From [Archangium] primigenium (GTDB lineage: Bacteria; Myxococcota; Myxococcia; Myxococcales; Myxococcaceae): 64,000 nucleotides of DNA. Under the pieces are notes generated by a model. That model saw only the letters and a list, made by a program, of their open reading frames with translations, had not been told where the DNA came from and searched no databases. Shown here one piece after another: positions 20,696 through 31,131 of the stretch. Location: contig NZ_JADWYI010000001.1 in NCBI RefSeq assembly GCF_016904885.1, positions 7,049,224-7,113,223 of the forward strand, in the 5' to 3' direction. Within the stretch, counting starts at the first letter, position 1. The number at the start of each line of letters is the position of its first letter. The position numbers and the translations under genes were made by a program.

Positions 20696-21736
20696 TCACC
20701 GCCTCTTGCGCGCCAGTTCCACCAGCGCGGGGCCAATCTCGCCCAGGGGCAGCACGCGGCTCACCGCGCCCGTGGCCACCGCTTCCTGGGGCATTCCGTA
20801 GACGACCGCCGTGCGCTCCGACTCCGCCCACACCTCGCCGCCCGCTTTGTGGATGCTCCGGGTGCCCTGGGCTCCGTCCGAGCCCATGCCCGTCAGTACC
20901 ACACCGAGGGCCCGCGCACCGAACACCTCGGCGAGGCTCTGGAAGAGCCGGTCCACCGAGGGCGCGTGCTTGTCCTGGAGCGTGGGCGGCGGGGTGCCCA
21001 GCGTGTAGCGCCCGCCCTGCCGGTACACCACGAGCTGCCGGCCTCCCGGCGCGATGAAGACATGGCCGGGCTGCAGCAAGTCGCCATCCTGGGCCTCGCG
21101 CACGGTGAAGGGGCCGAGGCGATCCAAGCGCTCGGCGAACGCCCGGGTGAACTGCTTGGGCATGTGCTGGCACACCAACAGGCTCACCGTGGGCTCGACG
21201 GCGATCGCCTCCAGCAGCCGCTGCACGGCGGGCGGCCCGCCGGTGGAGGCGCCCACGCCCACCACGAACGAGGGATCCATGACGAGCCCCCGGGGACGGC
21301 GCGGGAGCACGTGGCGCTCGGGACGCAGCTGACGCGCGGCGCGCACCTTGTCCTGCAGCTCCCGGCGCAGCTTCTCCAGGGCCTCGGGCGTGGGCCGGGC
21401 GGGCTTGGCGATGAAGTCCGCGGCGCCCAGCTCCAGCGCCTTGAAGACGTCCGCCTGGTGCGCGTAGCTGGAGATGACGATGACGGGCGTGGGCGCGGAG
21501 TTCTTGAGCAGGCGCAGGAAGGAGTAGCCCCCCAGCCGCGGCATCTCCAGGTCCAGGGTCACCACGTCCGGGTGCAGGGCCATCACCTGGCGCAGGCCCT
21601 CGTTGCCGTCCGCCGCGGTGCTCACGACCTTGAGATCCGGCGCGGACTCGATGAGCTCCGTCAGCAGCTTGCGGTTGGACTCCGAGTCGTCCACCACCAG
21701 GACCTTCACGGGAGGCAGGACGCTCACGGGTTCCAT
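20696..21736 (-). CDS. cheB: Chemotaxis response regulator protein-glutamate methylesterase
   Basis: Receiver domain plus methylesterase domain (GASTGGP, catalytic S/H/D). Confidence 0.9.
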   Translation of the reverse strand: MEPVSVLPPVKVLVVDDSESNRKLLTELIESAPDLKVVSTAADGNEGLRQVMALHPDVVTLDLEMPRLGGYSFLRLLKNSAPTPVIVISSYAHQADVFKALELGAADFIAKPARPTPEALEKLRRELQDKVRAARQLRPERHVLPRRPRGLVMDPSFVVGVGASTGGPPAVQRLLEAIAVEPTVSLLVCQHMPKQFTRAFAERLDRLGPFTVREAQDGDLLQPGHVFIAPGGRQLVVYRQGGRYTLGTPPPTLQDKHAPSVDRLFQSLAEVFGARALGVVLTGMGSDGAQGTRSIHKAGGEVWAESERTAVVYGMPQEAVATGAVSRVLPLGEIGPALVELARKRR

Positions 21737-22593
21737 CCCCCCAGCTCCGGACGGCGGTAGACGAGGTCGCCGCGCAGGTGCACCAGCTCGAAGTCGGCGC
21801 TCAGGTTGATGAGGTTCTCCGAGTGCCCGAGCATGAGGTAGCCCCCCGGCACCAGCCGGTCATAGAGGAGCTTGAGCACGCGCTGGCGGGCGGGCGTGTC
21901 GAAGTAGATGAGCACGTTGCGGCAGAAGACGGCGTCCACGCGCGGCGAGGACGTGCCGTGCTCGGTGTCCTGCAGGTTGTGGTGGCCGAACGTCACCCAG
22001 GCGCGGATGTCCTCGCGCACCCGCACCCGGTTGGGGCCAATCTGGGTGAAGTACCGGGCGAGCTGCTCGGCGGACGTGGCGCGCAGCGCGCTCGGCCCGT
22101 ACTCGCCCTGGCGCGCCGCCGCCAGCACGCGGCGGGAGATGTCCGAGCCGTGCACCTCGACGTCCCACCCCTCGAAGCGGCCGCTCTCCTTGAGGAGCAT
22201 GGCGAGCGTGTAGGCCTCCTCGCCGGAGGAGCAGCCCGCGGACCACAGCCGCAGCCGACGCAGGCGCGCGTTGCGCCGCTCGAGCACGGGGAGGACTTCC
22301 TGGGAGAAGGCCTTGAGCTGGCGCGGCTCGCGAAAGAAGTACGTCTCGTGCGTGGTGAGGGCCTCGATGGCCGTGTCCAGCTCGGCGCGGCGCTGCGCAT
22401 CGAAGCGCAGGTAGCGGTAGTAGGAGGCGAAGTCATTGAGGCCCAGGGCCTCCAGACGCGGCCAGAGCCGCCGCTGCATGACGTACTTCATGTCGTCGCG
22501 GACCAGGATGCCGCAGTAGGCGTACACGAAGTCCCGCAGCAGGCGGAACTCCTCCGCGTTCATCTCCGGCCGGCCTGAATCGAAAGGCATCAA
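21724..22593 (-). CDS. cheR: Chemotaxis protein methyltransferase
   Basis: CheR N-terminal and SAM-dependent methyltransferase domains (WSAGCSSGEE). Confidence 0.9.
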   Translation of the reverse strand: MMPFDSGRPEMNAEEFRLLRDFVYAYCGILVRDDMKYVMQRRLWPRLEALGLNDFASYYRYLRFDAQRRAELDTAIEALTTHETYFFREPRQLKAFSQEVLPVLERRNARLRRLRLWSAGCSSGEEAYTLAMLLKESGRFEGWDVEVHGSDISRRVLAAARQGEYGPSALRATSAEQLARYFTQIGPNRVRVREDIRAWVTFGHHNLQDTEHGTSSPRVDAVFCRNVLIYFDTPARQRVLKLLYDRLVPGGYLMLGHSENLINLSADFELVHLRGDLVYRRPELGGWNP

Positions 22594-22612
22594 CCCCGCG
22601 TCCCTCCCCGCC

Positions 22613-24589
22613 TCAGCGTCCCGTCAGCCGTTCCACCGCGTCCACCAGGGCCCGGCGCGCCAGCGTGTCCGTTTCCACGGACAGCGCCGAGAGCATCGCC
22701 GGCAGGCAGTCCGTGCCGCCGGCATCCGCCAGGACCCGGGCCGCCGCGGCGCGCACGTCCCAGCGCCCGTGGCCGAGCAGCTTGAGCGCCAGGGCCTCAC
22801 CACCGCCATGGTCCGCGTCCGCCTGGAGCGCCGCCTTCACCACCTCGTGATCCTCATGCTCCACCGCGCGGGCGAGCACCTCGTCGCGCAGCACGCCCAG
22901 CCGGGCCAGCGAGCGCACCGCGCGAAAGGCGATGGCCCCGTCCGGGTGGCGCACCAGGGCCTCCAGGTCGCCCGCCCGATCCACGGCCCCGCACTCGCCC
23001 ACGGCCTCCAGGGCGGAGAGCTGCACGTCCAGGGATCTGTCGGCGAGGGCCCGGGCGAGCAGCTCCGACATGGAGGCGTCCCCCACCTGGCCGAGCACCC
23101 GCACCGCCGCGGCGCGCACCGGCGAGGCCTCGTCCACCAGCGCGGCCCGCGCCAGCTCCAGTCCGCCGGAGGGGTCCACCGCGGCCACCACCTCCACGGC
23201 GGTGGCGCGCAGGGGCACCGCCGCCTGCCGCGCGATGCGGCGCACCAGGGGCAGCTTGGCGGTGCCGCCCACCCGCACCAGGGCGCTGAGCACCGCGGGA
23301 TCCGCGTCCTGCTCCAGGGCGGACTCCAGCACCTGGAGCACCGGCGCGCGGTGGCTCGACGCCAGGGACACCAGGGCGCGGGCCGCCAGGGGCGCCATGT
23401 CGGGATCCGCCAGCAGTCCGGCGAGCGGCTCCACGGCCTCGCGCGCGCCCGTGCGTCCGAGCGCCCGCACCGCCACGCCCTTCACGTCCAGCTCGCTCCA
23501 ATCGAGCATCTGCACGAGCTCGGGGACGAAGGAGGCGTCCACCATCTCCACGAGCACCTGCCCCGCGGCCTCGCGCGCCGCGAAGGACAACCGGCCCATG
23601 CTCGCCAGGAGCTCGCGCCCCGTCTCCGGACCGAAGCACGCGAGCGTGCGCATCACCTCGGGCATCAGGCGCTCTTCCTGGGCCACCTCGGCCACCAGGG
23701 GCGCGAGCCTCGGGGCACGCAGGGCCGCGGCCACCACGAGCCCGCCGGCGCGCAGCTCCAGGTCCTCCGACTCCAGGGCGTTGGCCACCCAGCCGGACGC
23801 CTCGGGCAGTTGCTGGAGCACCTGGGCCACGGCCTGATCCATGCCCGGTCGCAGCGCGGGCGCCGTGAGGGCGGCCTGCTGACCCAGGGCCACGAGCGCC
23901 GCCTCACGGGTGGAGCGCACCTCCGAGCACAGGCCGCGGCACACGAGCTCCGTGGCCTCCAGGCGGGGAATGAGCCCCAGCACGCGGTAGGCGCTGCGCT
24001 TGAGCAGGGGGTTGTTGAGCAGGGGCAGCACGTCGGCCAGGGGCGGGGGCTGCCGCAGCGCCGCGAGCGACTCCAGGGCGCTCAGCCGCAAGAGGGGCTC
24101 GCTGTCGTTGAGCGTGCGCTCCAGGGCCCGCACCCCGCCGCGCCCGCCCAGCCGACCGAGCGCCTCGGCCGCGGCCACCCGCACGTTGAGGTCCGCGTCC
24201 TCCAACAGGGCGAAGACGAGGGCGTCCTCGGCCTCGGGCCGGGCGAGCTGACCGAGGATGTCCGCGGCGAACTTGCGCTGGTCCGGATCCGCGTGCCCGA
24301 GCAGCTTCACCAGGGGATTGACGGACGCGGCGCCCAGGCTCACCAGGGCCTCGGCCGAGGCGTTGCGGGCGCCCGTCTCGTCGCGCTCGCCGAGCACGGC
24401 GATGAGCCGCTCCACCGAGACCGTGCGTCCCGGCAGCCGGGCGAAGCCCCCCGCCGCGGCGCGCCGGACCCGCCAGCTCTCGTCGTGCAGTCCCTCCACG
24501 AGGCGCTCGCGCGCATCGGGCCGGAAGACGTCCAACGCCAGCAGCGCCCGATAGCGCAGCTCCTCGGCGTTCCGCCCTTCCTCGCTCAT
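22613..24589 (-). CDS. HEAT / PBS-lyase repeat protein (Cpc7-like)
   Basis: 658 aa of tandem about 30-aa HEAT-like repeats (VRxxAAxALGxxG). Confidence 0.7.
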   Translation of the reverse strand: MSEEGRNAEELRYRALLALDVFRPDARERLVEGLHDESWRVRRAAAGGFARLPGRTVSVERLIAVLGERDETGARNASAEALVSLGAASVNPLVKLLGHADPDQRKFAADILGQLARPEAEDALVFALLEDADLNVRVAAAEALGRLGGRGGVRALERTLNDSEPLLRLSALESLAALRQPPPLADVLPLLNNPLLKRSAYRVLGLIPRLEATELVCRGLCSEVRSTREAALVALGQQAALTAPALRPGMDQAVAQVLQQLPEASGWVANALESEDLELRAGGLVVAAALRAPRLAPLVAEVAQEERLMPEVMRTLACFGPETGRELLASMGRLSFAAREAAGQVLVEMVDASFVPELVQMLDWSELDVKGVAVRALGRTGAREAVEPLAGLLADPDMAPLAARALVSLASSHRAPVLQVLESALEQDADPAVLSALVRVGGTAKLPLVRRIARQAAVPLRATAVEVVAAVDPSGGLELARAALVDEASPVRAAAVRVLGQVGDASMSELLARALADRSLDVQLSALEAVGECGAVDRAGDLEALVRHPDGAIAFRAVRSLARLGVLRDEVLARAVEHEDHEVVKAALQADADHGGGEALALKLLGHGRWDVRAAAARVLADAGGTDCLPAMLSALSVETDTLARRALVDAVERLTGR

Positions 24590-25149
24590 CCGTTCCCCCT
24601 CCGACTGGAGTCGCGCAGCAGCTCCGCCAGCAGCAGCGCCTTCACGTCCAACAACAGCTTGAGCCGCTCGCCGCCCGGCACCGGCGCCTCACGCGACTCC
24701 GGCTCACCATACACGCCCACCACGAAGGGCCCCGCGCCCACGGCCCCGAGCGCCGGCGCGGGCTTGATCTCCCCGCGCCGCAGCCGCACCACCTCGGAGA
24801 CCCGGTCCACGGTGAAGGCCACGCGCCGACGGCCCACCCAGCACACCAGGAGCCGCGTCTTGGGCGTGTCCACGGGCGCCGCCACGCCGAGCAGCCGCTT
24901 GCGCAGGTCCACCACGGGAAGGATGGCGCCGCGCAGCCGGATGACGCCCTCCAGGAAGGCCGGCGCGCCCCGCACGGGGGTCAGCCGCTGGGGCTGGAGG
25001 ATCTCCTCCACGCGCATGATGTCCACGGCGTACTCCTCGGCGCCCACGAAGAAGGCACACAGCTGCACCGGGGGATCGCGCTGGGCTTCGGCCTGCTCGT
25101 CCGCGCGAGAAGGCGTCAATCGGCTGAGGGTGAGCGCGCGTTGTCTCAT
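24586..25149 (-). CDS. cheW: CheW-like coupling protein
   Basis: CheW domain. Start inferred at MRQRALTL. Confidence 0.75.
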   Translation of the reverse strand: MRQRALTLSRLTPSRADEQAEAQRDPPVQLCAFFVGAEEYAVDIMRVEEILQPQRLTPVRGAPAFLEGVIRLRGAILPVVDLRKRLLGVAAPVDTPKTRLLVCWVGRRRVAFTVDRVSEVVRLRRGEIKPAPALGAVGAGPFVVGVYGEPESREAPVPGGERLKLLLDVKALLLAELLRDSSRRGNG

Positions 25150-25709
25150 GAGAGGGCCTGCCAGATGTCGAGCAGGATGAAGAGCTCCTGTTTGCGCCGA
25201 CCGAGCCCCACGACGCAATCGCGTTCTCCGCCCCCCACGCCCGGCGGCGCCAGCTCCAGCATGGAGGGCCGCAGCCGCACCACCTCGGACACGGCGTCCA
25301 CCCAGATGCCCGCGAGCCCGTCCGCCGTCTGCACGACGATGATGCGCGCCCCCCGGGGAGGCGGGGGGGCCTCGGGGCCGGCCACCAGGGCGGACGTGTC
25401 GGCCAGGCGCAGCTTCACCTTGATGTCGTAGACGGGCAGCACCTCGCCGCGCAGGTACATGACCCCCAGCAGGTTGGCGGCCGCCCGGGGCACCTCGGTG
25501 AGCGGGGGCACCTTCACGATCTCCCGCACGCCGTGGATGGGCACCGCGTAGATCTCCCCCTCCAGCCGGAAGGCCAGGTATTCCTCGGGGACCTCCTCCG
25601 CGGCGGTCTCGATGAACTCATCGGTGCCGGCCACCACTTCCTCGATGGGACCGACGTCCTCGTCCGGGCGGTAGAAGAAGTTGTCGAGCAGCGATGACAG
25701 GGAAGGCAC
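25146..25709 (-). CDS. cheW: CheW-like coupling protein (second copy)
   Basis: CheW domain, 187 aa. Confidence 0.75.
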   Translation of the reverse strand: MPSLSSLLDNFFYRPDEDVGPIEEVVAGTDEFIETAAEEVPEEYLAFRLEGEIYAVPIHGVREIVKVPPLTEVPRAAANLLGVMYLRGEVLPVYDIKVKLRLADTSALVAGPEAPPPPRGARIIVVQTADGLAGIWVDAVSEVVRLRPSMLELAPPGVGGGERDCVVGLGRRKQELFILLDIWQALS

Positions 25710-25742
25710 GTCCCGGAAGATAGCAGGCCCGCGCTCGGCGGA

Positions 25743-28004
25743 TCACGCCCGGCGCCGCTCGGTGCTCATCCCTTCTTCCAACAGGGCGCCCACGTCGAGC
25801 ACCAGCACGGTGCGCCGGTTGGCCAGGTCCGCCGCCCCCGAGATCCCTCGCACGCCCTGCAATCGGCCGCCCAGGGATTTGACGACGATGTCCTGCTGGC
25901 CCTGGAGCTCGTCCACGGCGATGCCCAGGCGCTCCTGGGCCAGCCCCGCCACCACCACGAAGTAGCGGTCCGGGTGGTGCTCCGGGTGGCCGAACACGCG
26001 CGCCAGCCGCATGAGGGGCAGCGTGCTGCCGCGCACGTCCAGCACCTCGCGCCGCTCCACGGTGCGGATCTCCGCCGGCTTGACGGAGAGGATTTCCAGC
26101 ACGCTGTTGAGCGGCACCGCGTAGGTGCGACCACTCACGCCCACCACCAGGGCCCGGATGATGGCCAGGGTGACGGGCAGCGTGAGGTGGAAGGCGGTGC
26201 CCTGCCCCCGCTCGCTCCACACGTCGATGATGCCGGACAGGTTGCCGATGTTGTTCTTCACCACGTCCAGGCCCACGCCCCGGCCGGACAGCTCGCTCAC
26301 GCTGCGCGCGGTGGAGAAGCCCGGCAGGAAGATGAGGTTGAGCAGCTCGCGCCGGCTCATCTCGCGCGCCTGGGCCTCGGTGATGAGGCCCTTGCGCAGC
26401 GCCAGCTCGCGCACGCCCAGCTCGTCGATGCCCGCCCCGTCGTCACTCACCTCGATGACGACGTGGTTGCCCTTCTGCTCGGCGTGCAGCGAGATGCGTG
26501 CCCGTCGGGGCTTGCCCACCGCCAGCCGCGCCTCGGGGGACTCGGCCCCATGGTCGATGGCGTTGCGGATGATGTGCATGAGCGGATCGCTCAGCTCCTC
26601 GACGATGAGCTTGTCCAGCTCCACGTCGCCGCCGCCGATGATGAAGTCGATCTCCTTGCCCACCTCGCGCGCGATGCGGCGCACCAGGCGCGCGAGCCGG
26701 TCGAACACCTGGCCCACGGGCACCATGCGCGCCTCCAGGAGGCCCTCCTGCAGCGCGTCCAGTTTGCGCTCCAACTGCCGCGTCTCGCGCGACAGCTCCT
26801 GGCCCCACGCCTTGGACAGCGAGGTGCCCGGGTCCTGCCGCACGCTCTCCACCATGCGCTGGAGGTTGGCCTTGATGAGCAGCAACTCGCCCACGGTGTT
26901 CATCAGCGCGTCCAGCCGGCTGATGTCCACGCGCACCGTCTGGGTGAGGCTGCGCGCGGACTCCCCCTCGCCCCGGCCGCTCCGGGACGTGGGCGGATCC
27001 TGCACCAGCGTGCGCACCGGGACGTGGGCCTCGGTCGTCTCCGCCGCGGGCTCGCTCTCCAGCGCGCGCAGGACGGTCGTCTTCGCCGTGGGCGTCGCGA
27101 CGACCTCTTCCGCGACGACCTCGGGGGTGGGCGCCTTGGGCGCCCGGGGCTTGCGTTTGGCCGTCTTGCGCGCCGGGACGCTCGCCGCCGCCAGGGTCGG
27201 GGCCACGGCCTCCGGCTCGGACTCGGACTCGGACGGGCGCGGGGAGGGGGTGGCCGGGCGGATCCCGATCGAGAAGAGCTGGGCGGGCGTGCCCTCGAGC
27301 TTCTGCGTCAGCTCCTCGCTGGACACCTTGGCGCCGAAGATGAGGTCGAACGCGATGCCCGACAGCCCCCCGGGCTCCGACGACGGCAGGGTGCTGACGA
27401 CCTCGCCCAGGGGCTTGAGCCGCGCGTTGAGCTCGGTGAGGCCCGTGTCGAAGTCGGACAGGTCGAACGCGGCCCGCACGCGGTAGAGCGCCACGCCCCG
27501 GCGCACGTTCTCGCGCAGGCGGTGCTCCTCGTACTCGGTGAAGACGGCGCGCACCTGCGCGGGCAGGTCCAGGCGGTCCAGCGGATCCTCGTCGGACGCG
27601 GACGCCACCGTGCCCAGGTCCGCCAGCCGCTGCCCGAGCGTCGTCACCCGCTCGCCCAACGAGTCCGTGGCCTCTTCCCGCGACGCCTCGGACAGCAGGG
27701 ACTGGAGCACGTCCAGGGACTCGATGAGCCCGTCGAGCACCTGATCGTCCAGCGATAGCTTGCCCAGCCGCAGCCGATCCAGCAGGTCCTCCGTCTGGTG
27801 GGCCAGCTTCGCGATGCGCTCCTGGCCGAAGAGCGCCGCCAGGCCCTTGAGCGAGTGCGCCGCCCGGAAGATGCCGTTGATGACCTCGGGATCCGGCTCC
27901 GTGCCGCGCTGCTGATCCAACAGGAGCAGGTCCCGGCTCAGCGACTCGAGGATCTCCGTGCCCTCGGCGATGAACTCCGCCAGGGCCTTGCCCGCGGTGC
28001 TCAC
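25743..28004 (-). CDS. cheA: Chemotaxis histidine kinase CheA
   Basis: Hpt domain (HSLKG), Pro-rich linker, dimerisation domain, HATPase and C-terminal CheW-like domain. Confidence 0.9.
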   Translation of the reverse strand: MSTAGKALAEFIAEGTEILESLSRDLLLLDQQRGTEPDPEVINGIFRAAHSLKGLAALFGQERIAKLAHQTEDLLDRLRLGKLSLDDQVLDGLIESLDVLQSLLSEASREEATDSLGERVTTLGQRLADLGTVASASDEDPLDRLDLPAQVRAVFTEYEEHRLRENVRRGVALYRVRAAFDLSDFDTGLTELNARLKPLGEVVSTLPSSEPGGLSGIAFDLIFGAKVSSEELTQKLEGTPAQLFSIGIRPATPSPRPSESESEPEAVAPTLAAASVPARKTAKRKPRAPKAPTPEVVAEEVVATPTAKTTVLRALESEPAAETTEAHVPVRTLVQDPPTSRSGRGEGESARSLTQTVRVDISRLDALMNTVGELLLIKANLQRMVESVRQDPGTSLSKAWGQELSRETRQLERKLDALQEGLLEARMVPVGQVFDRLARLVRRIAREVGKEIDFIIGGGDVELDKLIVEELSDPLMHIIRNAIDHGAESPEARLAVGKPRRARISLHAEQKGNHVVIEVSDDGAGIDELGVRELALRKGLITEAQAREMSRRELLNLIFLPGFSTARSVSELSGRGVGLDVVKNNIGNLSGIIDVWSERGQGTAFHLTLPVTLAIIRALVVGVSGRTYAVPLNSVLEILSVKPAEIRTVERREVLDVRGSTLPLMRLARVFGHPEHHPDRYFVVVAGLAQERLGIAVDELQGQQDIVVKSLGGRLQGVRGISGAADLANRRTVLVLDVGALLEEGMSTERRRA

Positions 28005-28375
28005 GCGAGCTGGAGGTAGCGCCGCACGAGCTCTTCCAGGCTCCGCGGGGAGAAGGGCTTCACCAGGTACTCCACCGCGCCCAGCGCCAGTCCGCGATCG
28101 CGATCCGTCTCCCGACCCTCGGTGGTGATGATGAACAGGGGGGTGTCACGCAGGGCGGGGTTGCTCTTGACGAAGCGGATGAGCTCCAGCCCGTTGATGT
28201 CGGGCATGTTGATGTCGGTGATGATGAGCGCGAAGTCGTGCTGGGGCAGCAGCTTGAGCGCCTCGAGGCCACTGCTGGAGGGGATGGCCTCGAGACCCGG
28301 GATGGACTCCACCGTCGCGGCGATGAGCTCCCGCGAGGCCCTCGAATCCTCCACGATCAGAATCTTGGACGTCAT
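28001..28375 (-). CDS. cheY: CheY-like response regulator
   Basis: 124 aa receiver. 4-nt overlap with cheA. Confidence 0.85.
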   Translation of the reverse strand: MTSKILIVEDSRASRELIAATVESIPGLEAIPSSSGLEALKLLPQHDFALIITDINMPDINGLELIRFVKSNPALRDTPLFIITTEGRETDRDRGLALGAVEYLVKPFSPRSLEELVRRYLQLA

Positions 28376-28427
28376 GAGTCAGGAACCGGTCCGGACATCC
28401 TACCAGAAGGATGAGAAGCGGCGAGCT

Positions 28428-28916
28428 TCAGGCCTTGCGGGAAGGCAGTCGGCGGGCGAATTCCTTGTCCGCCAGCACCGAGACCTTCTTTCCCTTGAAG
28501 GCGGGAAGGAAGCGTTCCTGGAAGGCGGACAGACGTGCGGAGTCATCCAGCGCGCCGTGACCTGGGATCTCCAGGGCCACGGAGTCCACCCGGGCCCGGG
28601 CGAGCACCTGGCCGGCGGAGGCGAGCGCGGCGCCCAGGGCGGCGGCGTCCATGCCCTGGCGTCGGCCCAGGCCCAGGACGAAGACCCGGGGGACCGTGAA
28701 CCCCCCGTCCGTGGGCAGCAGCAGGGAGTCGTCCCGGGCGCCCGCGAAGAAGCCGGACAGGAGCACGCGCGACAGGGTGCCGCACAGGCGCCAGTCCACA
28801 TACCCCGCGATGCCCGGCAGGGGCCGGTCGTCCTCGGCCACGAAGAGGCAGAGGGCGTCCACCTCCTGCAGCGAGTCCAGACCCGCCAGACCGAGCTCGT
28901 GGGTGGAGACGTTCAC
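28428..28916 (-). CDS. Hypothetical protein (GTG start overlapping nusB stop)
   Basis: The C-terminal 160 aa of ORF 28428..29237 reads as a real protein (VNVSTHELGLAGL...). The N-terminal portion overlaps nusB and is not credited. Confidence 0.4.
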   Translation of the reverse strand: MNVSTHELGLAGLDSLQEVDALCLFVAEDDRPLPGIAGYVDWRLCGTLSRVLLSGFFAGARDDSLLLPTDGGFTVPRVFVLGLGRRQGMDAAALGAALASAGQVLARARVDSVALEIPGHGALDDSARLSAFQERFLPAFKGKKVSVLADKEFARRLPSRKA

Positions 28917-29335
28917 TGCTTCCCCAGGGCCACGGCCACGCGATCCAGCAGGCCGTTGACGAAGGCGCTGGACTCCTCGGTGCCGAAGTTCTTGCCCAGC
29001 TCCACCGCCTCGTTGATGGACACCTTCTTGGGGATGTCCGGGCGGTACTTGAGCTCGAAGACGCCCAGGCGCAGCACGTTGCGGTCGATGCGCGACATGC
29101 GGTCCAGGCGCCAGTTGTGGCTGTGCTTCTCGATGAGCTGGTCGATCTCCTCGCGGTGGGACTGCACGCCCTCGGCGAGCTCGCGGGCGAACTTCACCGC
29201 CTCGGCCTCGGTGTTGGCCACCTCGGCGGCGGCCCACGCGGCCTCCAGGGCCTCGCCGATGCGGGAGCCCGGCGCCATGTCCACCTGGTAGAGCGCCTGG
29301 AGCGCCCGCTCACGAGCCGTTCTGCGCGCGCCCAT
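28913..29335 (-). CDS. nusB: Transcription antitermination factor NusB
   Basis: 140 aa NusB fold sequence. Follows ribH as in many bacteria. Confidence 0.85.
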   Translation of the reverse strand: MGARRTARERALQALYQVDMAPGSRIGEALEAAWAAAEVANTEAEAVKFARELAEGVQSHREEIDQLIEKHSHNWRLDRMSRIDRNVLRLGVFELKYRPDIPKKVSINEAVELGKNFGTEESSAFVNGLLDRVAVALGKQ

Positions 29336-29337
29336 GG

Positions 29338-29826
29338 TCAGCTCTTTCCTTGCGGCAGGGAGGCGAGCCGCGTGTGCAGGTTGACCATCTCGATGCAGGC
29401 CATCGCCGCCTCGGAGCCCTTGTTGCCGGCCTTCACGCCGGCGCGGTCGATGGCCTGCTCCACGGTGTCACACGTGAGCACGCCGAAGGTGACGGCCGCC
29501 TGGGAGGTGAAGGCCACCTGGCCGATGCCCTTGGTGCACTCGCCCGACACGTAGTCGAAGTGGGGCGTGCCCCCGCGGATGACGGCGCCCAGGGTGACGA
29601 TGCCCACGTAGGACCGGGTCTCCGACACGCGCCGCGTGAGCGCCGGCAGCTCGTAGGTGCCGGGGCAGCGGAACACGTCGATGTCCCCATCGGCCACACC
29701 GTGGCGCACCAGGGTGTCCACCGCGCCCTTCACCAGTTCCTCGGTGATGAACGCGTTGAAACGGGCCACGCAGATGGCGAAGCGGCCCTTGGGGGGGAGG
29801 AAGTCACCTTCGATGTAACGGGGCAT
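29338..29826 (-). CDS. ribH: 6,7-dimethyl-8-ribityllumazine synthase
   Basis: 162 aa, lumazine synthase signature. Confidence 0.9.
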   Translation of the reverse strand: MPRYIEGDFLPPKGRFAICVARFNAFITEELVKGAVDTLVRHGVADGDIDVFRCPGTYELPALTRRVSETRSYVGIVTLGAVIRGGTPHFDYVSGECTKGIGQVAFTSQAAVTFGVLTCDTVEQAIDRAGVKAGNKGSEAAMACIEMVNLHTRLASLPQGKS

Positions 29827-29892
29827 GTGCGGCCCTCTCTACACCAGGCACCCGGGTGGCGTCCCCCCCAGTTTTCCCCCCGGGCGAGCCGC

Positions 29893-31092
29893 TCAGGAGG
29901 CCCGGCGGGGGGGAGCGAGGCGACGAGCGGCGACCCGCCGGGCGGGCTCCGCCGGCTCCGCCAGGGGCAGCTGCTCCACCACCTCCAGGGCGTAGCTCTC
30001 CAACCCCACGATCTTCTTGGGGTTGTTGGTGAGCAGGCGCAGCCGGGTCAGCTTGAGATCCTTGAGGATCTGCGCCCCCACGCCGAACTCGCGCAGCCGG
30101 GTCTGATCCTTGTGCCCGGGGACCAGCTCCTCGTTGGGCACGTGGGTGCAGCGCAGCTGATCCTTCGCGGACGCATCGCGCTGCAGGAGGATGACCACCC
30201 CCCGCCCCGCCTCGTGGATTTTCTGGAAGGCCCGCTCCAGCTGAGGGCCGCACTCGCACCCGGCGCTGCCCAGCACGTCCCCCATGAGGCAGGAGCGATG
30301 CACGCGGGTGAGCACGGGCTCCCGGCCGGAGATGTCGCCCTTGACCAGGGCCACGTGCACGGCCGTGTCCACCGCGCTGCCATAGGTGTAGGCCCGGAAG
30401 GAGCCCTGGCCCCGGCGCTCCAGCGTCGCCTCGCCCAGCCGCTTCACGAGCCGCTCGCGCTCCAGCCGGTAGCGGATGATGTCCGCCACGGACAGGAGCA
30501 CCATCTGGTGCTTGCGGGCGAAGCGCACGAGGTCCGGCCGACGCGCCATGGTGCCGTCGGGGTTCATGATCTCGCAGATGACGCCCGAGGGGCGCAGGCC
30601 CGCCATGCGCGACAGGTCCACGCTGCCCTCCGTCTGGCCGGTGCGCACGAGCACCCCACCCTCGCGCGCGCGCAGGGGGAAGATGTGGCCGGGGCGCGAC
30701 AGGTCCGAGGGCTTGGCGTTGGGCGCCACCGCCACCTGGATGGTGTGGGCGCGGTCCTTGGCGGAGATGCCGGTGGACACGCCCTGGGCGGCCTCGATGG
30801 AGACGGTGAAGGCCGTCTGGAAGGAGGAGGTGTTGTCCTGCACCATCAGGGGCAGGTTGAGCCGGCGGATGCGCTCCTCGTCGAGCGACAGGCAGATGAG
30901 CCCGCGGCCATGGGTGGCCATGAAGTTGATGTCCTGGGGGGTCACCTTCTCCGCCGCCATGACGAGGTCGCCCTCGTTCTCGCGGTCCTCGTCATCCGTG
31001 AGGATGACCATCCGCCCCTTGCGGATGTCCGCGAGCGCCCGCTCCACCAGGGCGATGCTGTCCGTGTCCTGCTGCTGCTTGCCGCGCGCCAT
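29893..31092 (-). CDS. ribBA: Bifunctional DHBP synthase / GTP cyclohydrolase II
   Basis: RibB N-terminal domain and RibA C-terminal domain (CxxGxC zinc site). Start inferred at MARGKQQ. Confidence 0.9.
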   Translation of the reverse strand: MARGKQQQDTDSIALVERALADIRKGRMVILTDDEDRENEGDLVMAAEKVTPQDINFMATHGRGLICLSLDEERIRRLNLPLMVQDNTSSFQTAFTVSIEAAQGVSTGISAKDRAHTIQVAVAPNAKPSDLSRPGHIFPLRAREGGVLVRTGQTEGSVDLSRMAGLRPSGVICEIMNPDGTMARRPDLVRFARKHQMVLLSVADIIRYRLERERLVKRLGEATLERRGQGSFRAYTYGSAVDTAVHVALVKGDISGREPVLTRVHRSCLMGDVLGSAGCECGPQLERAFQKIHEAGRGVVILLQRDASAKDQLRCTHVPNEELVPGHKDQTRLREFGVGAQILKDLKLTRLRLLTNNPKKIVGLESYALEVVEQLPLAEPAEPARRVAARRLAPPRRAS

Positions 31093-31131
31093 GCGAACTC
31101 CCGGTCCTTGCGGACGAATCAACCCCGATGC

